From positions 68,739 through 102,169 of the forward strand of contig CAZQHZ010000002.1 in the NCBI GenBank assembly GCA_964593285.1: a stretch of 33,431 bases of DNA, in the 5' to 3' direction. Below are positions 8,599-17,094 of this stretch, piece by piece. A program made the position numbers and the translations under genes. Position 1 is the stretch's first letter, and each line of letters opens with the position of its first letter. The DNA comes from an uncultured Methanosarcinales archaeon (lineage in GTDB: Archaea > Nanobdellota > Nanobdellia > Woesearchaeales > DSVV01). The notes under the pieces are model-generated. The model searched no databases. It was not told the origin of the DNA and saw only the letters and a program-made list of their open reading frames with translations.

Positions 8599-9381
8599 AT
8601 GATTACTAAAATTTTTTGGTGTAAATTATTATTGTTAGTTTTAATATTTATTTTTGTTTCAAATTTTATTTATTCTATTGATTATTATGGTAATTTTAAT
8701 TTAACTTTAACAAACAGTGGAACTATTTATTTAGATTCAAAAACAAATCATCCCTTATTTAAAATAGAAAAAACCGATGAGTTTACATCTAAAGATGGCA
8801 AGTATTGGATTTTAAATATTAGTGTTGATGATGTTTTTTCTGATTATATTTATTATATTAATTTTCCAAAAGGAACAAGTATAAATTATATTAAAACTAA
8901 ATCATTATCTCGGATTGAGTCAACTGATAGTGGAATTACTATTATTGGAATTGGTGAAAATGAAAAAATTAAAATTTTAGTCCAATATTCAATTAATGGA
9001 ATAAAATCAAGAAATATTAATTATTTTAATTATATCATTTTGTCTTTTATAATTATATTTATTATATCGTTTATTTTAGCTTTGGTGATTAATAAATTTT
9101 TTTTAAATAGAAAAAATATTGTTTATGATAAAAAAGAAAATATAATTTTAAATAATTTAAATTATAAAGAAGTAATCAAAAAAAAAAATATTATTTTAAC
9201 AAAAAGACAACAATTAATTGTGGATTTATTAAAAAAAGAAAATTTAACTCAGACACAAATTATGAATAAATTAAATTTGCCAAAATCCTCAATTTCAAGA
9301 AACATAAACACTTTAGAAAAAAAAGGTATAATTATAAAAAAACAAAAAGGAATTAGTAATGTTATTTATTTAAATAAATAA
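8599..9381 (+). CDS. Membrane-anchored winged-HTH transcriptional regulator (COG2512-like)
   Basis: Signal peptide, beta-rich extracellular domain, a TM at about aa 143-168 and a C-terminal wHTH (LTQTQIMNKLNLPKSSISRNINTLEKKGII...GISN). Confidence 0.8.
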   Translation: MITKIFWCKLLLLVLIFIFVSNFIYSIDYYGNFNLTLTNSGTIYLDSKTNHPLFKIEKTDEFTSKDGKYWILNISVDDVFSDYIYYINFPKGTSINYIKTKSLSRIESTDSGITIIGIGENEKIKILVQYSINGIKSRNINYFNYIILSFIIIFIISFILALVINKFFLNRKNIVYDKKENIILNNLNYKEVIKKKNIILTKRQQLIVDLLKKENLTQTQIMNKLNLPKSSISRNINTLEKKGIIIKKQKGISNVIYLNK

Positions 9382-9407
9382 TTCTTTTTATTTTACATTT
9401 TAATTTT

Positions 9408-9457
9408 TTGTTCCTATTTGTTCCGTATTGTTTTGGTAAAAATTATTATATTGTTCC
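9408..9457 (+). promoter_or_regulatory. Putative operator: TTGTTCC direct repeats upstream of a TATA-like box
   Basis: TTGTTCC at 9408, 9418 and 9451, with variant TTGTTTT at 9428; the first three sites are spaced 10 bp apart. TATATA at about 9466. Confidence 0.55.
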
Positions 9458-9505
9458 AGTTTTACTATATACATTAAATTTTATTTTAAATGGAGGTTTT
9501 AGAAA

Positions 9506-10801
9506 ATGAAAAGAACAACAAGTTTAATTTTTGTGTTTTTTGTATTTGTGGTTTTTGCAAATTTTGGTTTTGCAAATGAAACAAGTCTAAAAGCACAAAA
9601 TAGTACTAATGAAAGTTTTGATGATGTCAAGTTAACATCAAGTGATTTAGAATTAACAAAAATAATGAATACACCATATGGTGCGAAAGTTAGGTTAGTT
9701 CAATTAGAAAAATCAATAGAAAAAAATATTGATAATGGTTTATTAATTGTTGAAAATGTGGTAGATGAAGAAAAAAAAGAAAAATTAAATACTATTTTGA
9801 AGGAAATGCAACTTTTACTTGAAGATGTACAATTAATACTTAATGATTTTGAAAATATATTTAATGAAGGTTTTGAATTAGAACAAAAGTTTATTTATCT
9901 TAAATCTGAAGCTAAAAAATTAACTAAAGATTTTAGAGAAATTTCAAAAACAGTTTTTAATGAACAAGAGCAAAAGGAATTGAGGACAAAATTGCATGAA
10001 GAAAATAAATTACGTGTTAAGCAAAAAAAAAAAGAAATTCAAAATATGTTTTTTGAGCGTAATTTAGAATATTTGCAGGATTTAATTTATAAATTTAATT
10101 TAACAAATTTAAATTTAATTGAACAAATTAAAAATAACGAAACAACATTTAGGGAAGCCAAAAAAATTTTAGGTGAAGAAATTTCTAAAATTAATAAGCA
10201 AAATAGAAATCAAATTACATCTAAAATAAAAGAAGAAATAACAAAGCGAGAAATTGAAAAAAGAGAGATGGCTGAAAATTTAAGAAAAGAATTAACTGCA
10301 AAATTAAAAGAGCGAGCAAAAGAAAGGCAAGAAATGGCTGAAAATTTAAGAAATGAATTAACTGCAAAATTAAAAGAGCGAGCAAAAGAAAGACAAGAAA
10401 AGGCTAAGGAAATAAAACAAAATATAAATGAAGAATTAAAAAATAGAAAGAAAGATATAAACGAAAATGTTAATCAAAAAAGAGATGAAATTTTAAGGAA
10501 ATTACAAAATATGACTAATAAATCAGAAAATAATTCAGATTTTATTAATGAAACAAAAGATGTTCTTAAAAATTTAACAGATGAATTTTTTGAAGAAAGG
10601 GATACAAAAAAGAAAGAAATTGATGATAATTTAAATAATTCTTCAAATTTTACTCAAGATTGTGTTTGTCCACAAATTTATGAGCCTGTTTGTGGTTTAG
10701 ATGGTGTTACCTATGATAATGTGTGTGAAGCAAGATGCATGGAAGTTCCAGTAAATTATGAGGGTGAATGCAGAAATACTACAAATTCAAATAGGCGTTA
10801 A
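9506..10801 (+). CDS. Secreted long coiled-coil protein with a C-terminal Kazal-type domain
   Basis: Signal peptide (..ANFGFA), E/K-rich helices and CVCPQIYEPVCGLDGVTYDNVCEARC...YEGEC; SD GGAGGT at 9492. Confidence 0.8.
   Translation: MKRTTSLIFVFFVFVVFANFGFANETSLKAQNSTNESFDDVKLTSSDLELTKIMNTPYGAKVRLVQLEKSIEKNIDNGLLIVENVVDEEKKEKLNTILKEMQLLLEDVQLILNDFENIFNEGFELEQKFIYLKSEAKKLTKDFREISKTVFNEQEQKELRTKLHEENKLRVKQKKKEIQNMFFERNLEYLQDLIYKFNLTNLNLIEQIKNNETTFREAKKILGEEISKINKQNRNQITSKIKEEITKREIEKREMAENLRKELTAKLKERAKERQEMAENLRNELTAKLKERAKERQEKAKEIKQNINEELKNRKKDINENVNQKRDEILRKLQNMTNKSENNSDFINETKDVLKNLTDEFFEERDTKKKEIDDNLNNSSNFTQDCVCPQIYEPVCGLDGVTYDNVCEARCMEVPVNYEGECRNTTNSNRR
10265..10405 (+). repeat. Intragenic 66-bp (22-aa) tandem duplication
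   Basis: EMAENLR(K/N)ELTAKLKERAKERQ is encoded twice (10265, 10331), plus a partial third start. Confidence 0.92.
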
Positions 10802-10861
10802 AATAATTTAGAAACTTTTTTATATTATATTATATTATTTTTTCAAAAGGAGGTAATTTGA

Positions 10862-11080
10862 ATGAAAGTTATATTGGTTTTAGTAATATTAATGGTTTCA
10901 TTTTTTATTTTTGGTTGCTCTCAAAATGAGGTATCTATAGATGATAGTGATACAGATATAAATCTACCAAATGAAGAAAATTTAACAAATAATTCAACAA
11001 GTGAAGAAGATTTAGATGAAATATTAGATGATTTAGTTGTTGAAGATGATGAATTTGTAGAACTTGGTGAAATGATTTAA
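10862..11080 (+). CDS. Small acidic lipoprotein
   Basis: MK plus hydrophobic core and lipobox-like IFGC; D/E-rich mature part; SD AGGAGGT at 10848. Confidence 0.75.
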   Translation: MKVILVLVILMVSFFIFGCSQNEVSIDDSDTDINLPNEENLTNNSTSEEDLDEILDDLVVEDDEFVELGEMI

Positions 11081-11147
11081 TTTTTCTTTTTAATTTTTTT
11101 TAAAATGTAAATTAAATTTTTGTAGGTATATAAAAAAATAAAAAAAA
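11081..11147. terminator. Probable bidirectional oligo-T terminator between convergent genes
   Basis: T tracts on the + strand after 11080 and A tracts (T on the - strand) before 11148. Confidence 0.45.
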
Positions 11148-11339
11148 TTATGCTCTTTTGGCTTCGCTACTATTAATTGCTGCTTCTGCATTGTCTTTTG
11201 ACATCATAGTACAAAGAGTTGTTGAGCACTTAGGGCAAGATCCTTTTGCCATGTATCCACCTTTTGGTGTCATATGAATCATTGGATTGTTCATTGTAAC
11301 ACCTTTTTCTTTACATTTTACACAATATGCTTTTACCAT
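11148..11339 (-). CDS. DUF5679-like small zinc-ribbon protein
   Basis: AYCVKC...KGSCPKC pattern; ATG at 11339 preferred. Confidence 0.75.
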   Translation of the reverse strand: MVKAYCVKCKEKGVTMNNPMIHMTPKGGYMAKGSCPKCSTTLCTMMSKDNAEAAINSSEAKRA

Positions 11340-11412
11340 TTTAAACAATAAAAATTGTTAGTATTTATATATCTTGTTAAATTAAATGTTTATTTTGTTG
11401 AAAATACTTATT

Positions 11413-11565
11413 TTAAGCAAAAAATTCTTTAAATTTCATAATAATATAATAACATATTATAAAATATATACTTAAAATAAATATTGTAATTATTGTTCCA
11501 ATTATTCCTTGGCCACTCATACTGTGTCTTTCTCTTAACTCAATTAATTTTAGTTCGTTTTCCAT
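11413..11565 (-). CDS. 50-aa single-TM small protein (absent from the ORF track)
   Basis: Manual translation: MENELKLIELRERHSMSGQGIIGTIITIFILSIYFIICYYIIMKFKEFFA*. It fills an otherwise empty gap and has a TTATAA box upstream. Confidence 0.55.
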   Translation of the reverse strand: MENELKLIELRERHSMSGQGIIGTIITIFILSIYFIICYYIIMKFKEFFA

Positions 11566-11713
11566 AAACTAATATAAAATATAAAATATAAAAGTTATAA
11601 AAACATTTCTTTAAATTACTGGAACATTTTATTTTTAGTTTTTTTTATTTTTTGATGGTTACCAACAAATTTTTATATTCTTTTATTTTTGATACCAAAC
11701 AAATAAACACTTT

Positions 11714-11786
11714 GAGGCTGTAGTGTAACTTGGTATCATTGGCGCATGGGGTGTGTCAAATCGGGGTTCAAATCCTTGCAGCCTCA
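11714..11786 (+). tRNA. tRNA-Pro(GGG), no encoded CCA
   Basis: Acceptor GAGGCTG/CAGCCTC+A, anticodon arm GGCGC-ATGGGGT-GTGTC, T-arm CGGGG-TTCAAAT-CCTTG. Confidence 0.9.
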
Positions 11787-11907
11787 TTTCTGATATCTTA
11801 ATAATACTTTATATAATTACTATTTTTTTATATTATAACAGTAAATTTTTAAAATAAAGTGAATTTTCACTAATATTTATAAATAAATAATTGTTTTGTT
11901 GATTTAA

Positions 11908-13266
11908 ATGGTACTAGAAAAATTAAGTAATTCATTAAAAGGTAGTTTGCAAAAAATTGCTAATGCAATATTTGTTGATGAAAAGTTAGTTAATGAATTA
12001 ATTAAAGAAATTCAGCGTGCATTATTACAAGCTGATGTAAATGTTAAACTAGTTTTTTCTTTAACTGAAAAAATAAAAAAAAGGATATTAAAAGAAGAAA
12101 CACCATCTGGTTTATCAAAAAAAGAATATTTAGTTAATATTGTTTATGAAGAATTAGTTGAATTTTTAGGTGGTGAAGGTTATAAAATTGATTTATCTAA
12201 AAAACCCTTAAAAATTATGCTTGTTGGATTATTTGGAAATGGTAAAACTACAACTGCAGGAAAACTTGCAAAATTTTTTAAAAAACGTGCAAATAAAGTT
12301 GCGGTTATTCAAACTGATACTTGGAGACCTGCTGCATATGATCAATTAGAGCAAATTTCAAAACAGATTGATGTTTCTATGTTTGGGATTAAAAAAGAAA
12401 AAGATCCTTTAGTTATTTATGAAAAATATGAAAAAGAATTATCAAAATTTGATATAGTAATCATTGATACTGCAGGTAGAGATGCTTTAAGTGATGATTT
12501 AATTGATGAACTTGATAGATTAAATAAAAAAATTAAACCAGATGAAACCCTACTTGTAATGTCTGCAGATATTGGACAAGCTGCAGAAAGTCAAGCTAAA
12601 AAGTTTAGTGAAACATGTGATATTACTGGAGTTATAATTACTAAACTTGATGGTACTGCAAAAGGTGGTGGAGCATTATCTGCATGTTCTATAACAAACA
12701 CTAATGTAAAATTTATTGGTGTTGGTGAAAAAGTTGATGATTTAGAAATTTTTAATCCAAAAGGTTTTGTTGGACGATTACTTGGATGGGGAGATATTGA
12801 AAATTTACTTGAAAAAGCAAGTCATGCAATGAAAGAAGAAGATGCAAAAGATCTTAGTAAAAGATTTTTGAAAGGTGAATTTAATTTAATAGATTTATAT
12901 GAACAAACACAAGCTATGAAAAAGATGGGTCCATTGAGTAAAGTTATGGATTTAATTCCGGGAATGGGTCAAATGCAGATTCCAAAAGAGGCACTTAATG
13001 TTCAAGAAGAAAAATTAAAAAAATGGAAATTTATCATGGATTCTTGCACTAAAAAAGAGCTTGAAGAGCCTGAAATTATTGGTGTTGATAGGATCAAAAG
13101 AATTGCAAAAGGTTCTGGGAGAGATGAATCAGAAATAAGAGAATTATTAAAGCAATATAAGCAAAGTAAAAAATTAGTTAAAATGTTTAAAGGTTCTGGT
13201 GGTTCTAAAGGAAATATGCAGAAAATGATGAAGAAATTTGGTGGAATGAAAAATTTTAAATTTTGA
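11908..13266 (+). CDS. srp54: Signal recognition particle protein SRP54
   Basis: RALLQADVN, GxxGxGKTTT, DTWRPAA, DTAGR and TKLDGTAKGGG motifs; Met-rich M domain with RIAKGSG. Confidence 0.97.
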   Translation: MVLEKLSNSLKGSLQKIANAIFVDEKLVNELIKEIQRALLQADVNVKLVFSLTEKIKKRILKEETPSGLSKKEYLVNIVYEELVEFLGGEGYKIDLSKKPLKIMLVGLFGNGKTTTAGKLAKFFKKRANKVAVIQTDTWRPAAYDQLEQISKQIDVSMFGIKKEKDPLVIYEKYEKELSKFDIVIIDTAGRDALSDDLIDELDRLNKKIKPDETLLVMSADIGQAAESQAKKFSETCDITGVIITKLDGTAKGGGALSACSITNTNVKFIGVGEKVDDLEIFNPKGFVGRLLGWGDIENLLEKASHAMKEEDAKDLSKRFLKGEFNLIDLYEQTQAMKKMGPLSKVMDLIPGMGQMQIPKEALNVQEEKLKKWKFIMDSCTKKELEEPEIIGVDRIKRIAKGSGRDESEIRELLKQYKQSKKLVKMFKGSGGSKGNMQKMMKKFGGMKNFKF

Positions 13267-13277
13267 TTTTTAAAAAA

Positions 13278-13715
13278 ATGGTTGATGAAGAAAGTATAAA
13301 TAAAAATAATTTGGCTAGTAATCAGCAGATGCTTCAGCAAAAATATATTGATTATCAGCTATTAGAAGAACAATTGAAAAAATTAGAAGAGCAATTAAAT
13401 ACTATTTCCGATAATATTTTAGAATTAAAATATATTCATAATTCAATTGGAGAAATTTCTGAATTAGAAAAAGATAAAACTATTTTATGTCCAGTTAGTA
13501 ATGGTATATTTATAAAAGCAAAAATTATAGATTCAAAAGTATTTTATGTTAATGTTGGAAATAATATTGTTGTTAAAAAAAATATTGAAGAATCAAAAAA
13601 ATTAATTGATCTACAAAAGCAAGAAATGACTAATTCAAAAGAAACTTTGCTTGATAATATACATAATTTGAATGAAAAACTTGTTGAATTAGAACAAGAA
13701 CTTATGAATTATTAA
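13278..13715 (+). CDS. pfdA: Prefoldin alpha subunit
   Basis: Coiled coils flanking LCPVSNGIFIKAKI...VNVGNNIVVKK beta-hairpins; lies upstream of ftsY. ATG at 13278. Confidence 0.9.
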   Translation: MVDEESINKNNLASNQQMLQQKYIDYQLLEEQLKKLEEQLNTISDNILELKYIHNSIGEISELEKDKTILCPVSNGIFIKAKIIDSKVFYVNVGNNIVVKKNIEESKKLIDLQKQEMTNSKETLLDNIHNLNEKLVELEQELMNY

Positions 13716-13735
13716 TTGTTTTTAGAGGATTTTAA

Positions 13736-15442
13736 ATGTTTGGATTTTTAAAAAAGAAATTAAAAGATGCGATTGGTAGTTTTTCAAAAGAAGTTGAAGA
13801 TAGTTCTGAAATTATTGAAGATGAAAGAATAAAAGAAGAAGTTAAAATTGAAAAAAAGCCAGCAGAAGATAAAAAAGAAGAACTAAAAAAAGATGATAAA
13901 GTTGCTCAAGAAAAAGATGAAGATAAAGTATCTAAAGTAAGAGACGATGAAGAAAAAAAAGAAGATATACTAAAAAAAGATGATAAGATAAAAGAAGAAT
14001 TAAAAAAAGTAAAATCAAAAGATAAAAAAGAAGAAGCTGAAATAGAAAAAAAGCCTGAAGAAAAATCAGAAGAAAAGTCAAAAGAAACATCAAAAGAATT
14101 AATTAAAGATAAAAAAGAAGAAATTGTTGAAAAGAAAGATCATGAAGATTTAGAAAAAGAAATCAAAGAAGATAAAACATCTGAAGTGAAAGAAGCTGGA
14201 AAACGAACAGAAAAAGCAACAGAAAAACCAGTAAGAAAATCAATAAACGAAACAGAAGACGAAAAAGAAGAAGACACAGACGATGAAAAAAAAGAAAACA
14301 CAGAAGATAAAAAAGAACAAGAAACGGAAGATGGAAAAGAAAAAAAAAACGAAAAAGTTTCTGAAAAAAAAGGTTTTTTTAGTAAGTTAAAAGATAGATT
14401 TTCAGGTTCTAAAGAAATTGATGAAGTTGATAAAGAGGATTTGATTGATGATAAAGTTATAGATGAAGAAAAAGAAGAAATTATTTATGAAAAAAAAGAT
14501 GATGAAGAATTAGATAAAGACGATGAAAAGGTAGAAGATATTGAAAAAAAGTCAGAAAGTGGTTTTTTTGGTAGAATTAGTCAAGGGATTGTTGATGCTG
14601 TAGCAAAGAAATCATTGTCTGAGAGTAAATTTAATGATTTGTTTTTTGAGTTAGAAATTGCAATGCTAGAAAACAATGTTGCAATTGAAGTTATAGAAAA
14701 AATAAGGGATGATTTAAAAAAAGAATTAGTTGATACAAAACAGATAAGGGGCAGGGCTTCTGATATAATTAGTTCAACATTAAATAAATCTATTTCTGAG
14801 TTGTTTGTTGATAGTGATTTTAATTTAATTTCTAAAATTAATGAAAAAAAACCTTATGTTATTGTTTTTGTTGGTGTTAATGGTTCTGGAAAAACTACAA
14901 CTATTGCAAAAGTTGCACAATTATTAAAAAAAAATAATTTAAGTTGTGTTATGGCTGCTGCTGATACATTTAGAGCTGCAGCTATTCAACAATTAGAAGA
15001 ACATGCAAATAATTTAGATGTCAAATTAATAAAGCATGATTATAATGCAGATCCAGCAGCTGTTGCATTTGATGCAATTAAATATGCAAATTCGCGAAAT
15101 ATTGATTGTGTTTTAATAGATACTGCAGGAAGATTACATTCTAATACAAATTTAATGGATGAGTTAAAAAAAGTAATTAGAGTTTCAAAACCAGATTTAA
15201 AGTTGTTTATTGGAGAGAGTATTACTGGAAATGATTGTATTGAGCAAGCTCAAAAATTTAATGAAACTGTAAATTTGGATGGTATTATTTTATCAAAAGC
15301 TGATGTTGATGATAAAGGAGGAGCTGCTATTTCTGTTTCTTATGTTACAAAAAAACCTATTTTATATTTAGGTGTTGGGCAAGGTTATGATGATTTAATA
15401 GAATTTGATTCTAAATTAATTGTTGAAAAAATTGGTTTGTGA
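13736..15442 (+). CDS. ftsY: SRP receptor FtsY with a long acidic N-terminal region
   Basis: GVNGSGKTTT, DTFRAAA, DTAGR, KADVDDKGG and GVGQGYDDL motifs; about 270-aa E/K/D-rich A domain. Confidence 0.96.
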   Translation: MFGFLKKKLKDAIGSFSKEVEDSSEIIEDERIKEEVKIEKKPAEDKKEELKKDDKVAQEKDEDKVSKVRDDEEKKEDILKKDDKIKEELKKVKSKDKKEEAEIEKKPEEKSEEKSKETSKELIKDKKEEIVEKKDHEDLEKEIKEDKTSEVKEAGKRTEKATEKPVRKSINETEDEKEEDTDDEKKENTEDKKEQETEDGKEKKNEKVSEKKGFFSKLKDRFSGSKEIDEVDKEDLIDDKVIDEEKEEIIYEKKDDEELDKDDEKVEDIEKKSESGFFGRISQGIVDAVAKKSLSESKFNDLFFELEIAMLENNVAIEVIEKIRDDLKKELVDTKQIRGRASDIISSTLNKSISELFVDSDFNLISKINEKKPYVIVFVGVNGSGKTTTIAKVAQLLKKNNLSCVMAAADTFRAAAIQQLEEHANNLDVKLIKHDYNADPAAVAFDAIKYANSRNIDCVLIDTAGRLHSNTNLMDELKKVIRVSKPDLKLFIGESITGNDCIEQAQKFNETVNLDGIILSKADVDDKGGAAISVSYVTKKPILYLGVGQGYDDLIEFDSKLIVEKIGL

Positions 15443-15468
15443 TTTTTATTTTTAGTGTATATTTAAAT

Positions 15469-16143
15469 TTATTTTTTATAAGCTTTTAGTATAAAGTTTA
15501 TTGCATTAGTTGCATTTGATTTTGTTGGTTTATTTAATATATCGCTTTCAAATCCGTGCTTTTTTAATGCTGCTACATATTCTAAAATTCCTTGTTTATA
15601 ATTTAAATTATCTTGAAAGGTTTGTATTGTAATTATATTCTTACTAATTTCTTTTGATTTATCGATAAATTTATTATTTATTTTATTTACTTTGTCATTT
15701 AATATATACCTTCCAATTATTGTTTCATGTTCTTTTTTGTATTCAAAAAAATCATTTATTGTAAAAATATTTTCATTTGATGAATTATGTATTGCTCTTC
15801 TTTTTGCTTTATTGATTGCAATTTCATTGATATCTATTCCATTATATGAAAAATTATTTTTATGATTATTATTTAAATAAATAAAATTTCCAAGAAGTCC
15901 TGATTGACAACATGGCTCAAATAAATCTAAATATTTTTTTGATTCATTTAAAATTATTTGAAATAAATCTAAGTTTAAATCATAATCAACAGAGTCTATG
16001 AAATCATCTAGATTGCTTTTATAATATAAGTCATAATAAATTGAGTCATCCATTATTTTTGAAATATTTATATGTTCTTTTGTTGCTGTTTTAATGTCTT
16101 TTTTAGTTATATTATTTTTATTGAAATATTCTTTTAAGTCCAT
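15469..16143 (-). CDS. Class I SAM-dependent methyltransferase-like protein
   Basis: Motif I-like LFEPCCQSGLLG, motif II GIDINEIAINKA and NDFF. Confidence 0.6.
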   Translation of the reverse strand: MDLKEYFNKNNITKKDIKTATKEHINISKIMDDSIYYDLYYKSNLDDFIDSVDYDLNLDLFQIILNESKKYLDLFEPCCQSGLLGNFIYLNNNHKNNFSYNGIDINEIAINKAKRRAIHNSSNENIFTINDFFEYKKEHETIIGRYILNDKVNKINNKFIDKSKEISKNIITIQTFQDNLNYKQGILEYVAALKKHGFESDILNKPTKSNATNAINFILKAYKK

Positions 16144-16240
16144 TTTTTTATGTAAGATTGCAGAATTTATAATTTTTACTATTAATTAATAATTACAAAA
16201 ATAAATAAAACATTTAAATTCATAAAAAATTATTAGTGAA

Positions 16241-16684
16241 ATGGATGAAAAAGTAGAAAAGTTGGTTTATTTAGCTATAGAAAAAGAAGAATTAGCATAT
16301 AACCATTATCTTAAACTTCTTCGAGCTAGGGTTGATTTTAATTTAGAAAAATTATTTACAAAACTTGCAATTCAAGAATTAAAGCATGTTGCATTACTGA
16401 GGGATTTTTTAAAAACAAAAGATTTTATGAAAGCTAGAGAAAAAATTTATAATAGGGCTTATGATTATTCAATAACTGAGGATTTAAATATAAATTTTGA
16501 ATTTTTATCTTTAAAAAAAGAAATTTTAAAAGCAATTGAACGCGAGAATAATTCTTATAAGTTTTATTTGGATTTATTTGTACAATCAAATGATGAAAAT
16601 TTGAAAAATTTATTTTATTTTTTAAGTTTAGAAGAAATGAATCACAAACATATTTTAAAAAATGAATATGATAAATTAAAATAA
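16241..16684 (+). CDS. Ferritin-like/rubrerythrin family protein
   Basis: Duplicated AIEKE..AY..Y / E.KH and AIERE...Y.FY / EEMNH di-iron motifs. Confidence 0.85.
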   Translation: MDEKVEKLVYLAIEKEELAYNHYLKLLRARVDFNLEKLFTKLAIQELKHVALLRDFLKTKDFMKAREKIYNRAYDYSITEDLNINFEFLSLKKEILKAIERENNSYKFYLDLFVQSNDENLKNLFYFLSLEEMNHKHILKNEYDKLK

Positions 16685-16921
16685 TTATTTCTTTGTTTCA
16701 TTTGGTTCAATTAATACAAAAGATGCAATAAAAATCATTAAAAATACCAAACAAAAAGAAAATCCAAGTGATAATCCAAAATTTTCTCCAAGACCTAAGT
16801 TTTTAAAAAAAATTTCAAAACTTCCAGATGCAGTATAAACTGCAGATATAATAAATCCAAGTAAACTAACTACCATTGTATTTAGTGGTTTGAATAATTT
16901 TTCCATATAATTATTGTCCAT
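16685..16921 (-). CDS. Small two-TM hypothetical protein
   Basis: Two hydrophobic helices; the stop codon abuts the convergent gene. Confidence 0.65.
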   Translation of the reverse strand: MDNNYMEKLFKPLNTMVVSLLGFIISAVYTASGSFEIFFKNLGLGENFGLSLGFSFCLVFLMIFIASFVLIEPNETKK

Positions 16922-17094
16922 TAATTAAATATAAATAGTTTTGTTTTAACACAAAAGTAATGATTTTGTAATTTTATAGTATTTTAAAATTGTTATTACT
17001 TAAAAATACAGAACAACTTTTTTATACTAACACATAAATTTAATATCTATAATATTATTAATATATTGATATTCAAAAATGAGGTGGATTAAAT

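Noticed and set aside
13002..13340. 112-aa minus-strand ORF
   Set aside because: Antisense to srp54/pfdA.
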